A stretch of DNA of 61,877 bases from contig WJIS01000026.1 of the NCBI GenBank assembly GCA_014730165.1, positions 1 through 61,877 of the forward strand. The letters run 5' to 3'. A program made the position numbers and the translations under genes. The notes beneath the pieces are model-generated. The model made no database searches and was not told the origin of the DNA. It saw only the letters and a program-made list of their open reading frames with translations. The stretch is from Promethearchaeota archaeon (lineage in GTDB: Archaea; Asgardarchaeota; Lokiarchaeia; Sigyniarchaeales; SOKP01). Each line of letters starts with the position of its first letter. Position 1 is the first letter of the stretch. This document shows, piece by piece, positions 30,101-37,603 of this stretch.

Positions 30101-30903
30101 AAGTCTTCTAATCCTGAGTTATCGTATGCTTGAACCTCAAAAATAATATTTTCTTGAGCCTCCGTTATTGGAGAGTTTAAAATTTGATAATCTGATATGA
30201 TCGGTGGAATCGTATCATCATCTATTATTCTGAGAGTTTTTTTATCAAAATTAGTTGTCCAAAACTCACTTACTTCAAATGTTTTGTAATAATAATATGA
30301 ATGCCATCCATTAGATTCCAGCACTTCAATTTTATACAACACTTTTATTTGAACGAAAATTTCGGGATCTAATCTCTCAGGGAAATTTTTTACCGCTAAA
30401 TATTCTTTTTCTCCATTCTCCCATACGTTATTATCGCGTAATATTTGAATAAAATCATTTCCCATGAAACTTAAATCAGGATTTAATTCATTTTCTGATG
30501 GTGTTTCTTCGGGTGTATAATACTTCGATGTACTTCCATCCTCAAATTTCTGGTTATCGTTGCTATCTGTGTCTAAAGTATCATAATCCAGAAAAGAATA
30601 TACTCTTGAGACTTTTTGATTATATATTTCAAATTTCTCATCTTCTAAATCAAGAAGAAATTCTAATTCAAATTTCTCATCTGAAAAACTTTTCAAATCA
30701 GATCCTTCCAAAGGAAGATTTCTGAACCCACGAAATCTTATAGAAGGCCCTTCAAGAGGAAATCCCACACTTTGGTTAGCTTGCAGTTTTTCACTATTAA
30801 AAATGGTTGGATTATTGTTAAAATTGTATTTTAAGGCAACTAGAAACGTATTAATTATAAATAGAAAAATCAGTAGAAGAGAAATTTGTTTTTTATATCT
30901 CAA
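27187..30903 (-). CDS. Large secreted/anchored surface protein with 8 tandem ~98-aa domains and a helical C-terminal region
   Basis: 1238 aa. N-terminal hydrophobic signal/anchor (ISLLLIFLFIINTFLVAL). Eight units start with DDDxxPP and carry NPxxPGxY...A(I/V)DxDxDxxxDQL. The last ~290 aa look alpha-helical. Confidence 0.8.
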   Translation of the reverse strand: MRYKKQISLLLIFLFIINTFLVALKYNFNNNPTIFNSEKLQANQSVGFPLEGPSIRFRGFRNLPLEGSDLKSFSDEKFELEFLLDLEDEKFEIYNQKVSRVYSFLDYDTLDTDSNDNQKFEDGSTSKYYTPEETPSENELNPDLSFMGNDFIQILRDNNVWENGEKEYLAVKNFPERLDPEIFVQIKVLYKIEVLESNGWHSYYYYKTFEVSEFWTTNFDKKTLRIIDDDTIPPIISDYQILNSPITEAQENIIFEVQAYDNSGLEDFYVLFDDIQYNIDSNNRAIIPNPRNPGQYEYTLFAVDGDEDRHNDQLTTSIHSTFNIIDDDSVPPIISNVSIINAPILDNEDIIQFRIDVEDDSGLEELSIKFQNNIYLDDDNDHIITIPNPKIPGTYEYTIKALDNDKDREGDQLETTLTSNFEVFDDDITPPQIFSIDFTNEPFYDSTEFIEFEVIVEDQSGLSELYAIFNQSIYHADENNRIIFPNPILPNNYLFSVIAVDGDSDQNEDQLNATFDSSFEVKDDDINPPEIEQINILNSPLNDSVDFIEFEIVVNDASGIADLFIIFNEQRYDSISGNIIFIPNPKTSGIHSFQVFAIDGDDDWEGDMSIEVVNSTFEVSDDDINPPEIEQINILNSPIYDSADFIEFEIVVNDESGLSQLYILFEDIIYHADENNHIILPNPILLGLYDFVLVAIDNDTDHEGDQLNSSINSSFKVVDDDITPPTINNIILLTDPVYDSDIYFKVQISAQDVSDIAEIYAVFEGEEYFIDENNIVKIDNPKKPGSYSLQIIAIDNDTDRINDQLISQRKFDIKVEDDDTSTPIIESIQVLDTKIYDSSETIRLKITAKDESGLSNILINFMNEIIQTDSQGYINLSNPIIPGIYKFSVRAIDNDTDRLNDQLSTTLNSTLTIYDDDLSPPEINIYESAFGWDIMISDIDGYQDSKATGNYIVFDSSGEIWDEGIISMENKLYRIRIPFKPETYTLIVNATNNDNEWNGDIESISHLTLLNISLEDCFLFLDNEIEEMKKYVDNELYSIIASTIRFKLSLAQKFLRIAYQKTLDGNLTCSLFKDAIAQVLIEITEFETVFFNKLNLIEDKAAQYIISKLHEIRNFLVLLMGNSVDYIKETSLGYQIANTEVQVLNLKDYSQAELGCKGKPLIKFFTCAAIQLEATLFELSMDMNISTTLDHTIVTMKIVNSTVYCLYEESIIPTPKVEYIHDQIYEIIQKIQLIKSNL
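27880..30235 (-). repeat. Coding tandem repeat array, period 291-297 nt (8 units, the last divergent)
   Basis: The DDD linker codons (atcatcatc / gtcgtcatc on the + strand) recur at about 30226, 29928, 29631, 29337, 29043, 28749, 28457 and 28161. Confidence 0.85.
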
Positions 30904-31072
30904 GGACTACACCTTTATGGAAATCGATTATAATATCTATTCTTGATCTTTATAAATGTTTTTTTGATTTATTAATAATTTGGTTAATTTTATAAAGCAA
31001 GAGCAAAACAATAAGATTTTTTAATAGAAATATAATTTTAATGCTTAGCAGTTTTAGATTAATAAATTGAGG

Positions 31073-32038
31073 ATGATCCAAATCATAACCAAGCATTCGA
31101 GGAAAGCCTTATTGTTAATAATTTTAATGATATTTGCAATAAATATCCTTTTAATTATGATTTCACTTCTATATGGAAATCAGGATATTAGACATCAATC
31201 TCTAAAAACCAGTGCCCCTCCAATATCCATAAACGGAAATTCTGAACTCTCATCCGAATCTACAGGAGGAACTGGAACGTATAATGACCCCTATATAATA
31301 GAGAACACATATATTGATGGTTTGGGAAGTGATTTCTGTATTAATATTTCTAATACTAATAGATATTTCATGATTGAAAATTGTACTTTAATAAATCAAG
31401 CACCAAAAGCTTCATTGAAGTTTAATAATGTTACTAATGGAATTATTATTAAAACAAAAATAAATCAAGGTTTGGTTTTTATTAGTAACTCTGTGAATGT
31501 CACTATAGCTCATAATAACATATTTAACGGTTCTAGCATCGCATTATCTAATATGAACAATTCAATTTTCTATAATAATTCGGTTATCAAATGTGAAGAA
31601 GTGAGAATGCTTGATTGCTATTCAAATAACATGAGCCTAAACAATATCATTAATAGTACATATGCGGGATTAATATTAAGTGGGTCGAATAACAATACGG
31701 TTCAAAATAATGAAATCTATGATGGAGATCAATACGGAATTGCCATTTGGGACAATAGTAAAGACAATAATGTGAATAATAATTATGTTTATAATAACAA
31801 AGATGGGGAATTCGATATTGATACGGGATTGGAACTTCAAAATGTAATTGAGGATAATTATATTAAATATAAGGAAGAACCCTCGAATGGAGATAATTTT
31901 CCACCGATCGATTGGAGAATAATATTAATTTATACTATTATTATAGGTGGTATAGCAGCTTTAGTTATAGGAGTTCCCGTTTATCTTCATAGACGCTCGG
32001 TTAAAGAAAAGAAAAAATACATGCTTCCCGAAGATTAG
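31073..32038 (+). CDS. Right-handed parallel beta-helix repeat surface protein with a C-terminal TM anchor
   Basis: N-terminal hydrophobic segment, Asn-rich PbH1-like repeats (NN..NN...I.....GI), a C-terminal helix (IILIYTIIIGGIAALVIGVPVYL) and a basic tail. First ATG at 31073; the track starts at a TTG at 31067. Confidence 0.6.
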   Translation: MIQIITKHSRKALLLIILMIFAINILLIMISLLYGNQDIRHQSLKTSAPPISINGNSELSSESTGGTGTYNDPYIIENTYIDGLGSDFCINISNTNRYFMIENCTLINQAPKASLKFNNVTNGIIIKTKINQGLVFISNSVNVTIAHNNIFNGSSIALSNMNNSIFYNNSVIKCEEVRMLDCYSNNMSLNNIINSTYAGLILSGSNNNTVQNNEIYDGDQYGIAIWDNSKDNNVNNNYVYNNKDGEFDIDTGLELQNVIEDNYIKYKEEPSNGDNFPPIDWRIILIYTIIIGGIAALVIGVPVYLHRRSVKEKKKYMLPED

Positions 32039-32043
32039 GTATA

Positions 32044-32796
32044 TTAGGTAGATGTATCCGTTAAAGATTTAAGCCAACTTGAATCCTTATTGAGCTTTTC
32101 ATATTCCTCGCAATCTCCGAAATCTCCTCTAAACTGATCTCTTTTCATTTTTATTATTCGAACTTTCCAATCTTTATTCTGTATTCCCATTGATATAGCT
32201 TCGGGCACTTCAAGCTCTCCCCGTTTTGAAAGATTTAATTCCTTGATTTGATCGAAAATCTCAGTAGAAAGAATAAAGATCCCGCAGTTATTTAAATTCG
32301 TGTTTAATTTGGGATTAGAAGGTTTCTCAATCATTTTCTTTATATATCCGTTTTTAGAGAATATTGCACATCCTTTACTTAGATCATCCATGTAATTTGT
32401 TACTAAGATGTTATTATCTCCCTTCTCATTAAAAACATCATATACACGATTATAAACACTATAAGGAACCAAAATGTCTCCCCAAGTTAAAAAAAAATTA
32501 CAGGATTTGATTTTATCTTCACATAAAAGTAAGGCTCCTCCAGTTCCATTTAGTTCGGTTTGTTCTACATATTCAATATTAATATTTTTATTTTTTCCAT
32601 CCTCAAAATACTCAATAATTTGTTCCTTTAGATATCCAACCACCAAAATAATATCCTTGAATCCCGCAAATATTAGTCCATCTATAATATATTCTAACAA
32701 GGGTTTGCCGTGAACGGGAATCATAGTCTTTTGATATTTTTCAGTATAAGGTAACATACGAGTTCCATATCCAGCACATAATATAATAGCTTTCAA
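32044..32796 (-). CDS. Sugar-1-phosphate nucleotidyltransferase
   Basis: 250 aa with the N-terminal MKAIILCAGYGTRM (GxGxR) NTP-transferase motif. Its start overlaps the upstream kinase stop by 4 nt. Confidence 0.8.
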   Translation of the reverse strand: MKAIILCAGYGTRMLPYTEKYQKTMIPVHGKPLLEYIIDGLIFAGFKDIILVVGYLKEQIIEYFEDGKNKNINIEYVEQTELNGTGGALLLCEDKIKSCNFFLTWGDILVPYSVYNRVYDVFNEKGDNNILVTNYMDDLSKGCAIFSKNGYIKKMIEKPSNPKLNTNLNNCGIFILSTEIFDQIKELNLSKRGELEVPEAISMGIQNKDWKVRIIKMKRDQFRGDFGDCEEYEKLNKDSSWLKSLTDTST

Positions 32797-33896
32797 AAGA
32801 GTTGAACTCCTCCACTAGTATTTATAGAATAAGCTTTTAAATTAAGATTAGAAAAATTTTTGATGAGGATGTCTTTGTTATCGTTGGTCAAAATAAAAAA
32901 TGTACCTCCAAATCCAGAACCATTTATTTTTCCCGCTATAGCTCCTTTTTGGATAGATTTATCGATCATGTGATCAATTTTCTCTGTCGTTATTCGAATA
33001 TTATTTTTTAGTTGTAAATGATGTTGATTTAGCAATTCTCCTAACGTTTCGTAAAAAAAATTGATATCATTAATATTTTTTGCTTGAGTCAATATAGGTC
33101 CATACTTTATAAAAAGGGAATATGCTTTTTTCGTAAGATCTCGATTAATCAAATTTCCAATAATTTTTTCTTGATATTCATTTTTCAAAGAGGGTAGATA
33201 TCCTTTGATATCATCTAATTTAGTAGAATATTTGTTGAAATTATCCATAATATCATTTAATGCTTGAAATGCGGTTAATGAAGTGGATTTTATATTTTTT
33301 AAATCTTCGACCGTGCTTTTTTTCTGCCGTGAATCTACTAAAACAAATCTTTCTAAATCTAAATTCCATTTGATATATTCTGGATAATCCCCTTGGTTTT
33401 CTAAATAGATTAGGTTTCCAAATATAGAATTAAAAAAATCCATCATTCCACCAGCCTCACCAAATTCCCCCACTTCAGTTTCATATGCTAATAGAGTTAA
33501 TTTATATTTACTAAAAGGTCTACCAGAAATTAGATTCAGAAAATATAACCATGCAACTACTAACGCAGATGAACTTGCCGCACCAGCATTAATAGGTATA
33601 TTTCCATTTATAGATATTTCATACCCCTTATTAAAGCTTATACCACTCCTCAGGAATTGATTGAAGCCGCTTATAAGATAATCTCTATTATTTCTATATT
33701 GCTTCTCTTTACCTAGATTATCAATTAAGATTTCTTGGTTCATATCCGGTAATATTATTTTGAACTTATTTTCATCTATCCTTTTTGCTTTTAAAAAAAT
33801 AAATCTTGAGATTGCCATAGAAATCGTTGGATATCCCAAATAATCTTGGTGTTCACCAAATAAACAGATTCTTCCGGGAGATCTTATTCTTATCAT
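32793..33896 (-). CDS. GHMP-family sugar kinase (galactokinase-like)
   Basis: 367 aa. Galactokinase-type signature RICLFGEHQDYLG and a GHMP motif-2-like PINAGAASSSALVVA. Confidence 0.75.
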   Translation of the reverse strand: MIRIRSPGRICLFGEHQDYLGYPTISMAISRFIFLKAKRIDENKFKIILPDMNQEILIDNLGKEKQYRNNRDYLISGFNQFLRSGISFNKGYEISINGNIPINAGAASSSALVVAWLYFLNLISGRPFSKYKLTLLAYETEVGEFGEAGGMMDFFNSIFGNLIYLENQGDYPEYIKWNLDLERFVLVDSRQKKSTVEDLKNIKSTSLTAFQALNDIMDNFNKYSTKLDDIKGYLPSLKNEYQEKIIGNLINRDLTKKAYSLFIKYGPILTQAKNINDINFFYETLGELLNQHHLQLKNNIRITTEKIDHMIDKSIQKGAIAGKINGSGFGGTFFILTNDNKDILIKNFSNLNLKAYSINTSGGVQLF

Positions 33897-34100
33897 AATC
33901 TTCTTTAAGGGTTTTTTGATTTGTATGTGTTAGATCTTGATGAATCATCTTGAATAATCTATTATCGTAGTATGAATGAAGTTAGTATTATTTGTATATC
34001 ACAAAAATTTTTACTTTAAATAGTTAGTATATAAAATATTCAATTGAATAAGTTTTCTTTCAGTTTTTAAAATTATATATAGAAATATATTTGAGAAACA

Positions 34101-34874
34101 ATGATCAGAGATGTTTTAGTTATCAAGGATGGTCTGCCTCTTTATTCCAAGAATTTTTGTAATTCAAAGAACTTCATCTCTGATAAAAATAATTTAATTA
34201 TGGTTTCGGGATTTCTGAGCGCCCTTAATTCCTTTTCAGAGGAATTTGAGGATCTTGGAAGTATTAAAGAACTCAAGCTTTCTAATACAGATCTTAGATT
34301 AGCTTTTTTGAAAAATAACACAATACCAAATTTAATATTCCTCGCATCTTTTGATGAAAAGACAAATACAGTTAATGTCCAAAGATTTTTAAAAAAAATG
34401 TCGTATGCGTTCTTAAAAAAATATAATATAAATAGAATAAACAATTGGACGGGACAAACAAATGAATTTGATTCATTTGAAGACGTGGTTTCATTATATT
34501 TCAAAGAAGAAAACGAAGAGAATAATCTCATTTTTAAACATAAAATGGTTGATTTGTTTGAGGAGATCAAAGATGCGATTGATGTTGAGGAAAAGCATCA
34601 AATTATTAGTGTAAACAAGAGATCTAAAATAAATGATAATGCAAATGAATCTCCGAATTTTTTAAAAAAGATACCAGTATTAAAGATTGCTGAAGGATTA
34701 AACCCCAAACATTATCTAACAGGAAATTTAGCATTAGAAATAATAAAAAAAATCGATAGCCGTAAAACAGTTCAAAAAATTGCACAAGAACTAAATGTTT
34801 CGGGAGTTAAAGTTCATAATTCGTGTAAGAATTTAATCAAATTAGGATTTATTGTCCTTAAAAACTCTCATTAA
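34101..34874 (+). CDS. Longin/roadblock-like N-terminal domain protein with a C-terminal winged-helix-like region
   Basis: 257 aa. The N-terminal ~125 aa follow the longin/TRAPP-type pattern (VLVIKDGLPLYSKNF...VSGFLSALNSFSEE...LRLAFL...LIFLASFD...VQRFLKKMSYAFLKKY). The C-terminal RKTVQKIAQELNVSGVKVHNSCKNLIKLGFIVL looks like a wHTH. Fold assignment is by pattern only. Confidence 0.35.
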   Translation: MIRDVLVIKDGLPLYSKNFCNSKNFISDKNNLIMVSGFLSALNSFSEEFEDLGSIKELKLSNTDLRLAFLKNNTIPNLIFLASFDEKTNTVNVQRFLKKMSYAFLKKYNINRINNWTGQTNEFDSFEDVVSLYFKEENEENNLIFKHKMVDLFEEIKDAIDVEEKHQIISVNKRSKINDNANESPNFLKKIPVLKIAEGLNPKHYLTGNLALEIIKKIDSRKTVQKIAQELNVSGVKVHNSCKNLIKLGFIVLKNSH

Positions 34875-34923
34875 CATCATTTAATACAAATTTCTGATTT
34901 TAAATAATAAGAATGCTGGTTTA

Positions 34924-35199
34924 TTACTTCTTTTGTTTTTTCTCTTCTATTTGCTCCTTTAGTTTCTTTAATTCTTCCTTGTTTTTTGCCTCAAACTTAA
35001 ATTGACCTTCAATTTTGCTTTCTTCCTTTTCTCTAGTCTTAGAGATTTTTTCAAAAGAAATAGAGATGGGTTTATCTTGATTCATTGCTAAGTTTATAAA
35101 ATTAATGAATCCTATATGTTTACTGGGTGCGATATTGAATTTTATAGACACTTCCTTTCCATTCTCTGTAACTGTTTTCAGAACTAATCGCAATTTCAT
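34924..35199 (-). CDS. Hypothetical Lys/Glu-rich small protein
   Basis: 91-aa ORF with a charged C-terminal tail. No motif seen. Confidence 0.3.
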   Translation of the reverse strand: MKLRLVLKTVTENGKEVSIKFNIAPSKHIGFINFINLAMNQDKPISISFEKISKTREKEESKIEGQFKFEAKNKEELKKLKEQIEEKKQKK

Positions 35200-35263
35200 A
35201 ATATAATAGTAATTATATTTTATGTTTAAAAAAATATTTTAAAATTGAATTTTCCAGCAATAA

Positions 35264-35366
35264 TGGGACACGTGAATTAAACCCCCCTCAAGGTGGGTGC
35301 TTCACCATTTGGTCAGGTCTTTGCGACACTCACCTCATTCGGTTGTTCGGGACATTCAAAGGTCCC
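35264..35366 (-). ncRNA. Candidate omega-RNA/right-end scaffold remnant
   Basis: The minus strand downstream of the tnpB stop holds the hairpin GGGAC-ctttgaat-GTCCC. A second stem GGTGAGTG...CACCCACC pairs at 7 of 8 positions. The segment ends in ...CACGTGTCCC. In TnpB systems the guide RNA derives from this position. Confidence 0.35.
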
Positions 35367-35640
35367 TCATCCCAACGAAGTCGTTATCCGGTGGGTTATG
35401 TTGATACTGGCGTTCAAGTCCCTATCGTACATAAGCCCGCAATGAGGACAGCTAAAGTTCCTATGGAAGCCCACATTAGTTATGGTGTCACAGCGATGGC
35501 ATTGTTTTGAAGTGTGCGTAGGGTCTGTATACTCACGGTAATACCCCGTTTGAGGGTTTTATATTCGATGTAAGTTTGGAGCTTACGGAAAGGTAAGGAA
35601 TTCATCCTTCGGTTCAACCTTTTTCCTTGAGATAATCTAT
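35367..35640 (-). pseudogene. tnpB: tnpB (OrfB) C-terminal fragment, 5'-truncated and frameshifted
   Basis: Own translation. One frame gives RMNSLPFRKLQTYIEYKTLKRGITV. A second frame, after a shift near 35521-35536, gives DPTHTSKQCHRCDTITNVGFHRNFSCPHCGLMYDRDLNASINI then a stop at 35369-35367. This is the (Y)TSQ-CxxC...CxxCG...DRDxNA(A/S)xNI zinc-ribbon/RuvC-III end of TnpB. A TAA blocks the second frame upstream. Confidence 0.7.
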
Positions 35641-35775
35641 TTAATTCTAACAAATACTATTTAAATTCAAAATTTAAAATCTTAATCTCTTTTTTCTGAA
35701 AAAAAGCATTTAGAAATAAATATTAGATTTGTATTATTGACTAAATCAATCGCAGATTATTTTTTTGAGTTAAAA

Positions 35776-36396
35776 ATGCCATCAAAATTTCGTTTACGTT
35801 ATGTATTCAAACCTTTAATAAAAGTTCTTGCGAAGGGATTGAATAAAATAGGTCTTAGTCCTAATATGGCAACGATATTAATGTTAATTAATTCAATTGT
35901 AAGTATTTTATTTCTAATTATTTTGGAAAATCTATTGTTATTTTCTATCTTTGTTTTCTTGACTGGTATATTTGATGGAATAGATGGAGCTATCGCGAGA
36001 TTGGAAAATAAATCTAGTGCTTTCGGAGGATATTTTGATTCAGTTATGGATAGATTCTCTGAATTTGTTATTTTATTTGGGCTACTAATTTATTTTAGAG
36101 ATTTCATTTTATGGAATATAATAGACATGAAATTAATTATTTTAATCACTCTTTTAGGTTCCATTATGATAAGTTATTCCCGTGCGAGAGTAGAAGTTCT
36201 CTATAAAGGGGATTTTGATATCGGATTAATGGCAAGATCAGAACGATTGTTTTATATCTTTCTTACAATGATAATTTCACATTTTTGGGATTATGAAGAA
36301 TTCTTTATCTTTCTATTTATGATATTTGTATTATTAACTGCTTTTTTTCGCTTCTTTAAAATAAGAAATATAATTAATAAACACAATTTCAAATAA
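35776..36396 (+). CDS. CDP-alcohol phosphatidyltransferase (archaeal phospholipid head-group synthase family)
   Basis: Signature DGIDGAIARLENKSSAFGGYFDSVMDRFSE (D-G-x2-A-R-x8-G-x3-D-x3-D) and multiple TM helices. First ATG at 35776; the track starts at a TTG at 35737. Confidence 0.8.
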   Translation: MPSKFRLRYVFKPLIKVLAKGLNKIGLSPNMATILMLINSIVSILFLIILENLLLFSIFVFLTGIFDGIDGAIARLENKSSAFGGYFDSVMDRFSEFVILFGLLIYFRDFILWNIIDMKLIILITLLGSIMISYSRARVEVLYKGDFDIGLMARSERLFYIFLTMIISHFWDYEEFFIFLFMIFVLLTAFFRFFKIRNIINKHNFK

Positions 36397-36413
36397 GAAA
36401 ACAGATCTTTGGG

Positions 36414-37133
36414 TTATTTACTTATTCGATTTAATTTAATCGCTAACTGATCTCCATCTTTGAGATCGAAATAGTCTCTCAAATAAGGTTTTGCTAAGAT
36501 TTCGATGATATTCTCTTCGTGATGTGTTCTTTTAATATCTAAGATAGCGGCTTTTCTTTTTTTTTTTCTATCGAACAGAGGATAAATATAGACATCATAA
36601 CAATGAACAGGCCCATATTTTCTATCTTGATCTTGGAATCCTTCTATAACTATTGGATCCACTTGACACATTAGCTCCTTTAATATTTTTAAATCCATAT
36701 GTCTTAGTTTTAAATTTAGAGTTCCTTTATATGGCTCAAAACCTAATTTTTCTTTGAATTGATCATAGTAACCCTTAATTGAAACATAGTATCCACCTTC
36801 TCCCATTCCTTCACTCACTTTTCCAACAATAAGAATTTTCTCAATTATTTCTTTTAAATCTTCATACATCTTAAACAATATATTAATTCCAAGTTGAGTG
36901 AGAGAAATCTCTTGACCTTTTCCAACAATCTCCCTTTCAATCCAACCTAATTCTTCTAAATCTTTTATTCTCCTACTCGCAGTTTGTTGACTAAGATTTA
37001 GTAATTCTCCAAGCTCAACGCTACTTATTTTCAGGGAAGGGATATTTTTTGCATGATTTCCAAGAGTATATAAAGCAAACCAATTTGCGTAATTGTCTGG
37101 AGCTACTTTCATATTTAGATTATCGTTATTCAT
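36414..37133 (-). CDS. ribK: Archaeal CTP-dependent riboflavin kinase fused to an N-terminal wHTH (RbkR-like)
   Basis: 239 aa. N-terminal HTH (LGELLNLSQQTASRRIKDLEELGWIE). C-terminal GKVSEGMGEGGYYVSIKGYYDQFKEKLGFEPYKGTLNLKL matches the archaeal RibK pattern. Confidence 0.75.
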   Translation of the reverse strand: MNNDNLNMKVAPDNYANWFALYTLGNHAKNIPSLKISSVELGELLNLSQQTASRRIKDLEELGWIEREIVGKGQEISLTQLGINILFKMYEDLKEIIEKILIVGKVSEGMGEGGYYVSIKGYYDQFKEKLGFEPYKGTLNLKLRHMDLKILKELMCQVDPIVIEGFQDQDRKYGPVHCYDVYIYPLFDRKKKRKAAILDIKRTHHEENIIEILAKPYLRDYFDLKDGDQLAIKLNRISK

Positions 37134-37591
37134 AATTCATTCTCATCTTGTAAATATGTTTTGAAGATTTTGTTTTTTATTTTACTGGAACTATTTAACT
37201 GGAATTTTTCATAAAAAGTATTAAGTCTTCTGACTTCTAATGATTTTAATCCTCTTTCTCTGAGTGCAGTTTGTAATTTTTTTTCATCAAAATTTTGATC
37301 TGGTCCTAACAATACGATGTCCGGATCTATTTCCTCCACAGTTTTTAAGGTATTGTTATCTTTTCTTCCCAATACTGCTTTTTTTACGTTTTTAACATTC
37401 TTTATTATTTCCAATCTCTGATCTTCCGATACAATTGGCGATTTTCCCGAATATAACTTCCTGTTTTTATCCGTAGCAACAACTACATATACTTCACCCA
37501 ATTTCGCAGCCTCATTAATTAAATATATATGTCCTGGATGCAGAATATCAAAAGTCCCAGCAATCATTATTTTTTTTTTCATCTTATCCAA
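37130..37591 (-). CDS. ribL: FAD synthase, archaeal RibL type (cytidylyltransferase fold)
   Basis: 153 aa with IAGTFDILHPGHIYLI (HxGH nucleotidyltransferase motif). Its stop overlaps the ribK start by 4 nt. Confidence 0.75.
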   Translation of the reverse strand: MDKMKKKIMIAGTFDILHPGHIYLINEAAKLGEVYVVVATDKNRKLYSGKSPIVSEDQRLEIIKNVKNVKKAVLGRKDNNTLKTVEEIDPDIVLLGPDQNFDEKKLQTALRERGLKSLEVRRLNTFYEKFQLNSSSKIKNKIFKTYLQDENEL

Positions 37592-37603
37592 CTTGAAATT
37601 TTT

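Larger units (their letters stand above)
35264..35640 (-). mobile_element. tnpB: IS200/IS605-family remnant: 3' part of tnpB plus structured downstream (omega-RNA-like) region
   Basis: A conspicuously GC-rich ~380-nt island in AT-rich intergenic DNA. Minus-strand translation gives the TnpB C-terminal hallmarks; see the pseudogene entry. Confidence 0.7.

Noticed and set aside
27880-30235. Regular ~294-nt periodicity that could suggest a repeat array or CRISPR-like structure
   Set aside because: The period is far too long for CRISPR. The repeats are in frame inside one long ORF and correspond to protein domain repeats.
35264-35640. A GC-rich ~380-nt block that first looked like an RNase P RNA, SRP RNA or other housekeeping ncRNA gene
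   Set aside because: I could find no RNase P (GAGGAAAGUCC-type) or SRP motifs. The minus strand instead translates into the unmistakable TnpB zinc-ribbon/DRD-NA-NI C-terminus, so it is called as an IS remnant.
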